Assembly: GCF_009914755.1 (NCBI RefSeq)
Contig: NC_060931.1
Length of the DNA: 64,000 nucleotides
Reading direction: 5' to 3' (one strand)
Origin: the human T2T-CHM13v2.0 reference genome, Homo sapiens
Shown here: positions 38,166 through 51,087 of the stretch, in pieces
Layout: each line of letters starts with the position of its first letter
Position numbering within the stretch: the first letter of the stretch is position 1
Notes under the pieces: generated by a model
Told to the model about the DNA's origin: nothing
The model's database searches: none
Seen by the model: the letters and a program-made list of their open reading frames with translations, nothing else
Translations under genes and position numbers: made by a program

Positions 38166-41100
38166 GCAGTTCTGCCAATTGATATCACCCTGAAATCAAG
38201 AGGAAAATGTTGGACTAGAGGCAGGTAGGTGAAGGCAGGACCAGGCACAAAGCATTTTGCTTCTCTTTTATGCAGAGAAGGATTGAAAATTCATGCATCT
38301 GACCACATCTGGTAAAGGCTGGGCCTTCAGCCTTTTTCTCCTCTTTCTGACTCCTTTGATCGCTCTTGTAAACATTCTGACTCTAGTTCAGCGTGGTCCA
38401 TTCACAAGCTTCCACATGCATCATTTCTTCCCATGTCATTCTCCCAGCCATCACAGGATTTTTATACATGTTGTTCAGGTTCCTCTCGTTCCGTCCCTCC
38501 TTCCCTCCCCTCCTTCCTTAAAACCAGCCCCTGATTCCTCCATCCCCGATCTGTCTCAGCAGGTGGGTGGGCTCTGACTGTTCCCCTTGCCCATCCTTCA
38601 AGTCAGCTCTCTCCAGCTTTTCCTCTGAGCTGCTTGCACCTTCTCCTGGCTTCTGTTCTCCCCGTCATCCCGTGTTTCTCTAATGTCTACTTGCACCTCC
38701 ACTGACCTCAGCATGGCTTTCTGTCCCAAAATTCTACCCTCGTTCCTTCTTCTACCCTGCCACTTATGCACTATTTCTAAAGTGTGACCCTAGACATTCC
38801 CTATGCTGGAACATGTCTGCCTTTCTCCCCACCTGTGAAGTCCCATCCTTTAAGGTCCGATCCTACCTGAAAGAGTTTCCCGACTCTTCAGTGCTCAGAG
38901 CTGGCTCTCTCCCTTGAACCCCCCTAGTACCTGCTGCCTGTACCACTCAGCAGTCATGTGTTTTACATGGCATTTTGTCATTGACTGACAGGATGTGGCT
39001 TTATCGTGTCTTCTCATCTAAATCATAGGCTCTTTGAAGACAGAAGTGAATTCTCTCTCCTTTTAGACCTACTGCAGTGCCTAATACAGTGCTTTTCTGC
39101 TTAGAAGATAACAAAAACCCATTTCTTGGTCAGTTGATTAAAGTGAATGTTAGGTCTCTTTACATACTTACTGATTTTTATACATGCACGTTCTCTCAAC
39201 ATGTGTCTTCTCACTTTGAGGAACCCTAATCATTTTTTGAATGTTGTCATATGTTTCATCAGCTCAACTAGGCATCCCAGTCCTTCTCTAGCCCTGCTGT
39301 CTTTCTGGAGATGCAGTGCTGAACCACAAGCATCCTTCCTTGCAGTGTACATTGTACTGTGGTACAGGTTTAACCTGCATTTTCTGCTGTTTGTCTGGCC
39401 TTGGAAGCTGTCTTTGTTAGGAAAGCTCTGGACAGCAACCAGGAATGTAGCCACACAGAAGGTGCTGCTCAGAAACAAAAGAGCCCTGCCAAGCACAGTC
39501 TTCCCCAGGAATCCAGCACGTTCTCTTTATGAAGCACTCTGTAGAATCGTGCTGCACATGCCCCAGCTGTGGGGACTGGGGCTGAATTTCAAACAAACAG
39601 GAAAATAGCCCGTTCAGAGGGCTTAACATGTAAGAGGTAATGGATTACCAAGAGCAAGTGGATATAGGACAAGATGAATGTTGAGATGGAGTTACTTGTT
39701 AGGAAGAGTGGATCAGGGAAGGCTTCCTGGAAGACAAAAATAGTGGGTGTGGGTTGCCCCTTGCAAGCAGTTGCAGCTATTTTCATTATGTACTCCTTGA
39801 TAACACATTCCTGAAGGTGATGGCTTAGCACTCCTTTACTGGTTGATGAACAGATCTCCTTCTAAGTGGGCTCTGCCTCCCTCGTTCGCATGTGGGAACT
39901 GCAGCTTGTCTGGCCTTTGAGCCATGATGCAGGATCATGATATCAGGGACTGGCAGGGTTGTAGGGGATGGGTTGGGCAGCTCACACAACAAGCAGATCA
40001 AATGGGCCAGAGCAGAGGGTCCGTGAAGGAGAGTCAGAGGAAATGAGATTGGTGACATGGAAGCATGACACCATTGAATATGCTCTCTCTTTGAGAAGAT
40101 ACAAGATGCTGAGAATCTCCTCTGAGTCCTTTTTTATTTTTTCCTGTCTTCTCTGCAGTGTCTTCACAAGCACCTGCTTAAAATAAAGGATGGGGCTTGG
40201 CCTTTCCCTTCCTCCTCCCTGCTCCTTAACTTCCCACTCTGCATTTTCCTGCCTGCTGCCTCTAGGCAGCAGCTCAGGAGCAGTGGGCAATTGAGAGCAA
40301 CTCCTGAGAGCACTAAAAGAAATCACATTGCTTAAATGGCATTTACACCGAGGGGTGGGGTGGTAGTGGCAGGAGTCTCAAAGCTTTTTCCGAGGGCACT
40401 GTGGCAAGAAGTCCATGGTGGGAAGAGTGGCATCCAGGTGTCCTCTATCCAAGGAGGCAGCTGTTCTTATTCAAGGGTGGGGTCCATTTTCTTCCTCCAA
40501 AGTCAAAGAGATTCTCTTTAAAAGCTCAATTGTGACTTCTGGGACATCTTAGCAAGAGACACTGAGCGTCTTCATTTCCTCTCTCCATTTCAGGACACAC
40601 CTCCCTTGGAGGAGTGCTTTCTACCTGGAAAGCAGTGCATGTATCAGTGGAATTCTGCTTAGCACAACAGAATTGGGAGGTGGAGCAGGGAGAATGAGGC
40701 CACCCTGGCCCCACTGGGGGGTCACAAGACAGCTACTTCATGCCTGAGAACAGGGCAGAATCAGGCTGGGCAAATAGTAGGGCTGAGGGACTACCCGCTG
40801 CATCCTATGACCTTGTTAACGGAATTGTATTTGGGACATTGGTTTGAAGTGGAGAGAGAACAATAATTGAAATTAATGAAACCCTGGCTCCTGTCAAGCA
40901 GATGGGCAGAGAGTCACATCAACACCCATGCTGCTGACCCATCCTACAGATTGTTCTTTCCCATCACTAATATTTCTCCGTATCTCACCTCTGATCTCAT
41001 TGCAGTGGCTTTGAGAACTTTTAGGAGCTGATCACAAGGCCCAAAAACCATCAAGAGCCCCTGTCCTGGGCAGTGGGTAAAGTGGAAGAAGGAGTGTGGT

Positions 41101-43279
41101 CCCTGTGTGGAGAAGCTGTGGGGTCAAGATGCCCGGGCTAGGCAAGGACCACTGGGTCCCACAGCAGAATGAGGAAGGCCAGAGGCAGCACTGCTCATTG
41201 TGACCTATACGTTTCTAGGTCACAAACTGCAGCCCTGCACTAGGAGTTTGAGAGGGCTGCGGCACATTAGAGCTCCACTCTGAGGGTGTAAGCCATGCCA
41301 TATTTTAATTGTCATTAGCAATAAAAAACTAGCAGTGAGGAAACCCAACCTCCACACAGAAGAGGGCATGGGCCAGGGTCATTAACCAGGCTGATCCAGC
41401 CTCTGACATGCTGCATTTATCCTTATTTCACGTGTATGTGTTCAAACCTTATAATTGGTAGCTTTTACTCACAGGCTTTTCCTTGCATTCCTGAGAGGCC
41501 AGAGCAATCCTGGGCCCCCCAGGTCATACCGAGCAAGAATCCAGTTGTACTATGCATAGGAGGGTGAATGCAGAATAGCCTTCTAGCACTGGCGCTGCAG
41601 GAGCTCAGAGCCCAGGCTCAGGGGCTCAGCGTCATCTCAAAGGCCTCTTCACTTTCCTTGCTGGGTTATAATAGGTTTGAAACAGTTTGGGAACATGCAC
41701 AGTCCCCCACAGTGTCCAGATCTTCTCTCTACTGTGCCTAAAGGCAGCTCCTTAGTCGGGTGAGAGGAGAAGCTTGGACTTTTTTATTCTGTGTCCGATC
41801 TGGAGTGTAGGTTAACGGGGCTGCTGCCTCCCTGCAATGGTGCTTTTGTGTGGATCAGAAAAAGTTGCCCTCTCTGGGCCATTGTACTCAGCATATGCTA
41901 TGCATGGCTTGGTGAGGAAAGCAGGCTTCTGTCAGGCTTTCTGCTTGGCACATGGAGGCAGGGTAGATTTAAGGACAGGTAGGAGTGAGTTATGTACAGG
42001 GGCATAGGACTGCCTCAGAGGGGATGGTACCTTCAAGCCAGCCTAATGATAAAAGAGGCGTGAGGACAAAAGGAAAGAGAAGGGGCAAGGGAGTCCCTTC
42101 CTTTCACCCTCTGGTGCTTTCAGCTGTGCCTTTCATGCAGTTAATCAAACATTAGTCAGGGAGGGATGGGCATGTGTTTGGTTGAAATTGTTTGGCGTTT
42201 CTTATATTCAGTTTTATGAAGCAAGTAAATTGCCTGATCCCTAGCTGAGAGTATAGAATTATCTCTGTTCAGTTATCTGTTCAAACAGATTCTTCTCTCT
42301 GGTGCCTTCTTCTGGCCTGCAAGAGGGATTGGCGTCTGTGTCCCTTTTGCCAAGAAATCAGATGGTAAAAGAGAAGGTGCTCCACGTCCCCTTCCCACCC
42401 TGACATGGGACACTCCTGTCTTATCCTGGCAGCTTTTGGCCTCCACACCCACAGCCCAGTTTTGAGAACTCTGAAGGGATTGAGCTAGGGGTTGGCATCC
42501 CAATCTAAGCCCCGGATTCCTTCAAACCCAACAGCAACTGCCTTTCCTCAAAGGTTTCCTTGTTCCAGAGGGCTCGAGACCAGCACCTGGCGGGTGACTT
42601 GTAGCTTCCAGCCGTCTCAGCCCGTGTACTTAGATGCTTCCTGAGGTGACTGTGGCCTGACCAGCACCACCTAATCCCTTGCTTGGAGGGCTTCACGCTA
42701 GACAGTGGTCTGGGCTCCGGGGGTCCAGGCTTCATGGCATCTGTGGCCTCACCCCACCTCCCACCTCTGCTCAACGTCGTTAGCTCATGCCCTATCCTCA
42801 CAGCTCTTCCTAGGCTCTCTCATGTCCACTTTTGCTCTTCACCCCTTCCTTGCTGAGGGATGGGTGGTGAGGAGGTGGTGGATGCGTGGGAGACCGGAGG
42901 GAGGCACACACGGCTGCTGCCTGCACTCCTGCCTGGATAAACAGAGGAGGCCATCCTCACTCCAGTTATAGTCAGTACAGGCAAAGCCAAGTGCAAAACA
43001 GCCCCTTCTGTTCATGGCGTCTGGGCTGTGCTGCCTCTGAGTCATCACTGCTGGCCTCACTGACTGAAGCCAGTTTCTGCCCCTCTGGGTCCCACAAGCA
43101 TGCTTGTCGTGGCAGGGGCAGCTGAGGGATGGTCCTCTCACCTTCGAGGAGTTCTTGAAATAGGCCTTCTCCAGTCAGTTTGGTGCCATGCATGTACCCA
43201 AAGGTAGTATTCTGTCCAGGGACTTTCCTTCTCCCACGTCACTGCTGGCGATCTGGAGAAGCTAGAATATTTTGCCTTT

Positions 43280-44900
43280 CCTCATCTATTTATTGAATGC
43301 CTACCAGGTGCCATTAATAAATGCCCATTGTAATACTGTCATGGTGATATGAGTAAAGTGCTGTGAGAACAAGCCCTACCCAGATAAGTAATGGAGTGGT
43401 TCAAATAAAATCACATCTGTGCAGAATCCAAGGGGTAAGTTGGGTAGGAGTTTACAGGTGAAGTCATAGGACGGAACATTCCAGCCAAAATGAATAGCAT
43501 GTGCCAAGGCCTGGAACCATGCAACTTGTCTGTGGAGCTGGGAGTTGTGTGGCCTGACTAAAGCAAAATAATGAAGGCCACAATGGCAGGACTTGAGAGC
43601 AGGAAGAGCCCAGCTCTGAGGCGCTTATTCTGTGCTGTACTGAGGAATTCCAACATTAGTGGAGAACAAGGAAAGGATTTCAGCAGAAGGGTGAAGTGAT
43701 CAGATTGGGAAATTTTTTTTTTTAAGTAACAACATTTATTGAGCACTTACTATTCGCCAGACTCTCCTTAAGTGTTTAACTTGAATCAGTTCACTTCCTC
43801 TTCACTGAAGCCCTTTGAGGTAGGTAGCATTCATTATTATACCCATTTGACCACAAGGTAAACCTAGACCCAGAGAGGTTAAAAAAGAACCCACTCTAGA
43901 TTAAGCCAGTAAGTAGTAGAGCAAGCGCAGAAGGAGGTGGTCTGGCCCTAGAGCCTGCATCTGACCATGGTGCTGCACTGCCTGTGATGAGCCACACCCT
44001 CCAGTATCATGGAGGGGTCCTTAGAGACAAGTCTGGTACAGAGACAGCAGTGGGGGACCTGTTACTCAAAGCTGGGCATGGCAATAAGGATAAAAAAGAG
44101 GGGAAGAATCCAAGAGCCATTTCTGAGGTAGAATCAGTGTGTATTGGTGCGGACCTACCTGTGGAGCCCAGGGGTGATTCCTGTGCTACTCATGCTGCGG
44201 CCTGGGATGAGAAATGGAGGTGGAAGAACAGGTTTCATAGTGAAGGTGAGAGATTCAGAATGGGACTCATTACATTGGAGATTCACCTGGTGGAGCTGAA
44301 TTCTGAAGTGAGCGCTGCACTAGAGGCGAAAGTTGAGTTCTATAATTCAGAGAGCAGTGGGATGCAGGGACTGTCTACAGCTTAAAATAGCCCCTGGGGA
44401 ACGTTCATATTCAAGGGCCATGTTGTTGGGGAAGAATTCACAATTGCTACTAAGAAAGCAGGGAGAAAAAGCCAAGATTGGGAAACACAGGCCTAAAAAA
44501 AGAAAGTTTCCAAAAGGAAAGGGGGTGCTTGACTTTTACAGATATTTAAAAGGTCAAAAATGATTAAATCTGAGAAGAAATTATTTAAATGGCAATTAAC
44601 AGGTCTTTGAAGTAATAGTGACATTGGAGTACTGACTGGTAGCCAGCTGCATTGGCTACAGAAGTGAAAAGGGGCTGGCAATGTGCAGAGTACTCTCTGG
44701 GTAAAGAGAAAGAGGTAGACTTGATGGGATATGAGTCAAAGCAAGACTTGCTAAGATGGGCAAGATGTTTGCAGGTGAAGAGTTAGATGCTGGTGAAAAA
44801 GGAAATCGGGAAGGTGATGACAGAAAGAGGTAACTGATGGAAATGGGTACCTGAGGAAGCAGAAGAGGTTGTGATCTGGAGCCAAGTTCATTTCTTTTTC
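43280..44900 (-). mobile_element. L2 fragments with an inserted MIR (~43725-43980)
   Basis: tttattgaatgcctac..., gcatgtgccaaggcctgga, ggattt...gtgatcagatt L2 motifs; MIR core acatttattgagcacttactat. Confidence 0.6.
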
Positions 44901-47900
44901 TGCAAGATGGATGGAAGGGAATGAAGTAATCATGGATGCTAAATGCTTCTTAACAGCAAAGTGTGGGTCTCCGTGGGAAACCCACTGTGGTTCAGGTATA
45001 GGAGCCTGAGAATCAAGGTCCACAAAGCAGAGCGGACTGGCCCCATTGGGGGGGTCACAGGTCAGCTACTTCCTGCCTGGGAACAGGGCAGGGGTCTGTA
45101 CCATCCCACAGCAGGCCTTGAGGTCAGTTATATAGGTACAGGTACCTGCAGAGGGGAACTGACACGTGAACTTGACCTGATTGGACAACATTTGGTTACT
45201 TTCAGACCAAGTCAGAGATTTAATAACCTCATGCAGTTACTCCATAGATCATACACCGATTTTCCCCAAGAAAAGAGGCCAACTGTCTTCTCACACCCCT
45301 AGCTCCATCCCTTTAGGGCTTGGGTACAGCTCTAAAGCCATAGAGGTTCTTTGGCTGGGCCTGGGAGAACATGGGCCACTGCTGCTGACTCCATGGCCCA
45401 AACCAGTGTTCAAGATAAAGAACGGACGCACCGAATGGAAGGCAGCCTTCTCTCCTGGTTTTTTGCCTGGGACTGCCCTTCACGTCAACTGGGAACATGA
45501 GGAGGAGCTGTGCCATTCAGGCATGCCTGCTCTGGCTTGGGAGACCTTTGGGAAGATGGGTCCGGGACAGAATGAGGGCCCCCTGATTCTAGCCACATCC
45601 CTGGCACCAGCCTCAGGGAAGAGTGTTAAATCTCCCTCCAGCTTCCAGCACGGGTTTTTCCTGGGAAGATGAACAGTCTGCTTCCTTATTGCCTGCACCA
45701 AAGGAACAGATTGCGTCAGTTTGTAAACTGTGTTAGCGCTCGCAAAGGCCTGGAGTCAGCAGGTTTGCATTTCCCAGCAGACCCAGATGATGCTGATGGC
45801 AGTGGCTGCTGCCTCACTGCCTCAGGCAGGACCGAAGCTGCCCCCCTACCCCTACCATCCCACCCCTCATCCCTGAGGTAGGGAAAAGGCATTCCAGGCG
45901 GGAGAGAAAGCCACCCTGAGCTTCTAGAGCCAGCTCACCCACAGCACAGGCCTTTTCTTTTCAGGAGCCTCTTGGCCCCTCTTGCTGGTGTGCCAGCCCA
46001 GGCCTGATTTCCAGGCATTCCTAGCACTCCAATGCCAGAAAAGAGGTTTTCTAGAAAAGCAATCCACTCTGTGGGCTGCGCTTGAAAGAGTTACCTGGTC
46101 TGGAGGTGATGGGGGATTAGGAGCAGAGGCGTCAGTGGGGATCAGAACCACATTGCCACAGTAGCACATGGAAAATCCGTGCTGCTGCCTGCCTCTAGCC
46201 AGCCCACTCCCCACGGTTGCAGATGGTAACGAGACCCAGGAGGTATTGCATAGGCACAGCCTCTCGCCTTCCACAGCATCGCCTTATTAATTGCATTGTT
46301 AACGTTCATCATCTCTGAAAGAAGTCGGTGTGGCTGTGTGTGACCGGGAGTGGAGGGGATGAGCTGGCTGTGTTAAACTGTTACTGTGTTAAGGTGAGGT
46401 ATCTCTTCAAGTTCACAGTTCTGGCTGTGGCAGCATGCTACAGCCTTCACGCAGCATCAGTGATGGTAGAAAACCCAGCCTTGGGCAAGGCTACCACTGC
46501 ATGGCAGGAAAGGACCCAAGCTACATGCTGGTTACTCCAGAACACTACTCACATTCTTGAAAAAAGCTGCAGCCAGGATGAGTGGGTTGGGAAGAGGCAG
46601 GAGTACCTTGGGCTCCGAGTCATTATTCAGTTCCCGTCTCTCCATTTCCCGCGCCCCCCTGCAAGTTCTCCTACAGGACTTGATCGTTAGCAAATGGGGC
46701 TTCCCTGCTTGCCCTTCTCTCCTGTGGAACTGTTGCTTTTCATCTCTCCTGTTGGCTTGCAGGCACAGTCTGTCAGCTTTGCTGCCCCCATCCTCTGACC
46801 TCAGAGAATGCAGAGCAGAGAGAACCTTGGAAACTTTGTTCAACTCTCATTTCCCAGATGGAGAAACTAAGCCCAAAGAGAGGTGCAGTGTGCCCAGCCC
46901 ATAAGAGGCAGGATTGGCACCTGGATCACAGTTCTAGCCCAGGGCCTTTCTCTGCTCCTCAGCTCCTTCTTCCCATCCAGGCCGCTTGCTGTGATTGTTG
47001 CTGGTTGCTTTAGGAATATTGAAAGCAGGAATATGGCCAGACAGCACATGGAAATGATGGAGAATTCTGCCTCTAAAGCCTGTCTGTGGGGACTCTGATG
47101 TCACCTTCCCACAGGTAGCCCTGAGCAGCCCCACCCTGCTACCTGGAAGAACTTACAGCCAGCACCCCACTTTGTGCAGTGACTTCCTTCCCAGATGCCT
47201 CAGGGCAGTGGCGCCCTGTGCTGGGCTCTTTTCTACTTGGGACCTGCCTGTCCTGCTTGAGGCAGCCCACCTTCCTTGGTACGGGAGCATCCTCCACAAC
47301 TGTTTTCAGGCAACCTACAGCCTCGCAACCCAGGGCTCTGAGGTTGGCTGAGGCTCAGTAATTTTCTGTACTGCCTCAGGCATTGTGCACTGCAGTAACG
47401 CCTGTGCACTTGGGGAAGACAGTATCTCTTCTCCATCCTCCCAGAAAGTAAAAAGGGAAAGGCTTGTATGTGTGTGGGGTCTCCCTGTCCTCCCCCCATT
47501 GCTAGTAAATCCCCTGTGTGAACGCTCTCCTTTGGGTGCCCTGAGTCATCAAGGGGAATGTGCATCCCCCGCTGTCTTTCTCTAGTCTCCATTTCTTAAT
47601 TATTTTGCCCCCAGTGCCCTCGGCTCCCTTATTTAAGCCAGCCTTACCAGAAGCAGCCTCCAGTGCACCTTCTCCCGCCTCACCCTCCCCGCAACTTCAC
47701 CATGACCTGGAGGAGGCTTTAGGAGAGGGACCTGGATCTTCAGCTTTGCGCCTACTTGGAAGCACTAGGCATCCAGCTTGGCTGCAGGCTCCAGGCGAGT
47801 TAAGGACAGACACAGCTAAATCAACCCCCAGGGCAGTCAGAATTTCCTCCGTGGTTTGAAAGCTGAGTTCTTAAATAATCTTCCCCACACTTACCACATG

Positions 47901-49309
47901 CATGCACATGCTCACTCTCTCCCTCCCCCCACCCCAAACCCTTCTTTCTTTAGGAAAGATTTCAGAATCTGAAGTCTAATTGCAGAGGGCTAGAAGAAGT
48001 TGAGAATGTTGACATTTCTAAAGCCATCATCCATTGCCTGGCTTTCACTTCTCTTCCTTTCTCCAGACCCCTCAGCCCTGCATTGTACCCCAGGCCAAGA
48101 ATATGCCTCACTGCTTAGAGAAGGAGAAGGACTTGGTCCCCACTGCCTGTTTGACTGAAGTAGTTTCTGTTTTAAGGAGCTGACAGAATCCAGACAATGG
48201 GGAGAAGAGGAACAGTTTGGGGTGGGGACAGGGACCAAGTGTATATTTCTGGAGCCCAGGGCACTGAGACTGCTCAGAAAGGGGCCGCAGGAAATGAAAC
48301 AAGTTCCTGGCCACCCCCTTCCTCCATGTTTGATTTCAGCCACGGAGCTGGGGGCTGCTCCATGCTCTTCTTTTCTCCTCCCCCTTCTCCCCTTCCTCAT
48401 CCCTGGGAAGGGTGAGACCACAGCTCGGCTGGGTGATCACTGAGGTATGTGTGTTGCCTGGGCATGGGGAGCTCTTCCTCGGTAATTAGGAGACATGGAA
48501 ATTAACAGCCTGTGCCGTTTGTATTAATTTGGTAAATAAGCCAGAACAATTTCATTAGTGGCATATTAATGTGCTTGGGAGCAGGAGGACGCGTCCCACT
48601 GTGAGGCAGCAGGGCCCACTGGCTGCTCTAGCCCACAGTCAGGCCAGGTCCAGCGTCGAGCTGCTCTCCTGCAGGGCATGGCTGGCTGGCAGCACCCACC
48701 GCTTTGGCCCTGTGATGGGGAAAGACCTCCACTGAAGAGAAAGGGATCTGTGCAGGTGGTACAGGGACAGTCACACACTTGAGCTCATCCTATCAACCCC
48801 ACTTGCCTTACCTTCACTCGGTATTTCATGGGAGGACTCCCCGGGTGTAAGAAACCCAAAGCTTTCAGAGTCAGGGAGAATAAAGGAGCTCATTAAGCAG
48901 GGATTGGCCATTTCTGATGAGAAGACCCTTCTCATCAGAGGTATACAGCTCAGCAAAGCAGGACAGCTGCTGAATGTAACCATCCCACCAGGGCATCACT
49001 GGCATTTGTTGAAGGGAAGAGGAAGCAGTTTTGTTACCTCATTCAGTGCACAGGACCCCTCCTCATTTTACCATTAAGGAAACAGTCTAAGAGAGGTCAA
49101 GTGAATTACCCAAAAATTCACAGCTAGGACTGGGAGTTGATATCTGACTCCAGAATCCATGCTCTTTCTGCCACCTCATGGGCCAGTCAGTGTGCTCAGC
49201 TCTGGAGAAATTTCACAGTCTGGAACAAGCTTCCTTCCCCATGGAGCTGACAGTCTACTTGGAGAATGAAGACATTTAGAAATGAAATAACTGCCCCTAC
49301 CAGGAAGTA

Positions 49310-49540
49310 AATAATTTATGATGATCGTGTTGAAGCATTTATGTGCTAAGCACTTTTCTAAGTGCTTAACATATTTATATTAGTTCATTTAATCATAACA
49401 TCCTTGAGGTAGATGATGTTGCAATCCCAGTTTTACAGTAAATAGAGGCACGGAGAACTTAAGTGGCACCCCAGAATTCATGCAGGTCTAGATAGTCTGG
49501 AGCCAGAGTCCACACTTATAACCTCCATGCTGTACACTGC
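49310..49540 (-). mobile_element. MIR
   Basis: gcacttttctaagtgctt...catttaatc...gaggcacggaga...tctggagccagagtc. Confidence 0.7.
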
Positions 49541-50448
49541 CCCACAAGTGCCAAAGGGAGGGTGAACCCATAGGCATTCAGAGGGTGATTCATGGTAGGC
49601 CAGGGATCAGGGAAGCCTTCCCGGAGAAAGTGGCATTGAAGCGGGCAAAGGTGCAGTCCAGGTATTCAGCAACCTCAAAATCCCCACCCACTCTGCCAGC
49701 ATCAAGAGCAGAGAGCAAGAGATGCTGGCAGACCAGCAGGGCTGCAAGTGAGGCAGACTGCAATGGCTGTCAACATCTGAAGGTCACATTGACCTTCAAG
49801 CCTCTAGGCTGTTCGCTTCTTAACCAGTTACCACCAAGCCCCTTCCTCAGTGTGGCACCACCTGCCCCTTCTTATAGTCTCTCGGGAGGTACCCCCCTCC
49901 CCCAGAACCATGTGTCTTCCTAGGTCTCAGCTTCAGCATGGGCACTAAGTAGAGGGGAATCGAGAGGAGAGCCCTCATCTGTCCCTCGCCCATGCTGCTT
50001 GTGTACATGCACACACATACTCTGGTGCCCTCAAGGCCATATCCACCCACATGTGCACGTCAGTGCATGCTCTCATACGAAGCCTGCTCCCAGCCTTCTA
50101 GCAGCCTGTGGTAGTCACCTAAGTCACCTAAGGCCTAAAGTCACCTGCCATTATAGGAGGCCTCCTGTGGAAGCTATTGAGTCCAGAGCTCTTCCTGAAA
50201 CACTCCAAGATGCCCAAGAGATGAGTGGCTATGTTATAGCAGTTTGCAAATTACACAACACTCCACCAGTAGGATCTCATTTAATGCTTGCAGTAGCCAG
50301 TTGGACAAGAAGAAATTTCTTGTCTATTTACAGGAATGAGCCTCCCCTAACGTGTCTTCTGTTTGAGGCAACTTGTGAGACATGTCTCTTTATAGTCTCC
50401 AGTTTGAGGCAACTTGTGGGAATTAACTCTATGTGTCTATACAGTATA

Positions 50449-51087
50449 CAGTCGATCTTCATTATTCACCGGTTACATATTTGCAAATTCACCAAAATCT
50501 ATTTTTGTAACCCCAAAATCAATACTCATGGTACTTTTGCAGTCATTTGTGGACATGCACAGAGTGACAAAAAAAATTGAGTCATCTGGCGGGGCACATT
50601 TCCATTTTAGGTGGAACAGGGTAGAACAAGACAACACTCTGCCTTCTTGTTTCAGCTCTGATGATATAAACAAGTGTCCTTCTCACAATCTATTTAGCAT
50701 CATGTTATTGCATTTTTCATGCTTTTTGTTGGTGGTTTCACAGTCTTAAATGGCCCCCAGCATAGAGCTGAAGTGCTGTCTAGTGTTCCTGAGTGCAGAA
50801 ATACTAGGATGTGCCTTATGGAGAAGATACATGTGTTAGATAAGCTTCATTCAGGCATAAGTCATTGTGCTGTTGGCCATGAGTTCAGTGTTAATGAGCC
50901 AGCAACACATATTAGACAAGGTGTCTTTAAACAGAAACACAGAACAAGGTTATTTATTGATTTGATGAAAATATTGTGACCAGAGGCTCACAGGAACCCA
51001 AACCTGCATTTCCCCTAGGAGCAATGGTTCAATATTTGCAAATTCTCTCTATAGAACAAAATTACCATAAATAACAAAATTGAACTG
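50449..51087 (+). mobile_element. MER82-like Tigger-family DNA transposon
   Basis: TA|cagtcgatcttcattattc ... aaattgaactg|TA ends; internal tgtaaccccaaaatcaatactc motif; ~640 bp. Confidence 0.8.
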
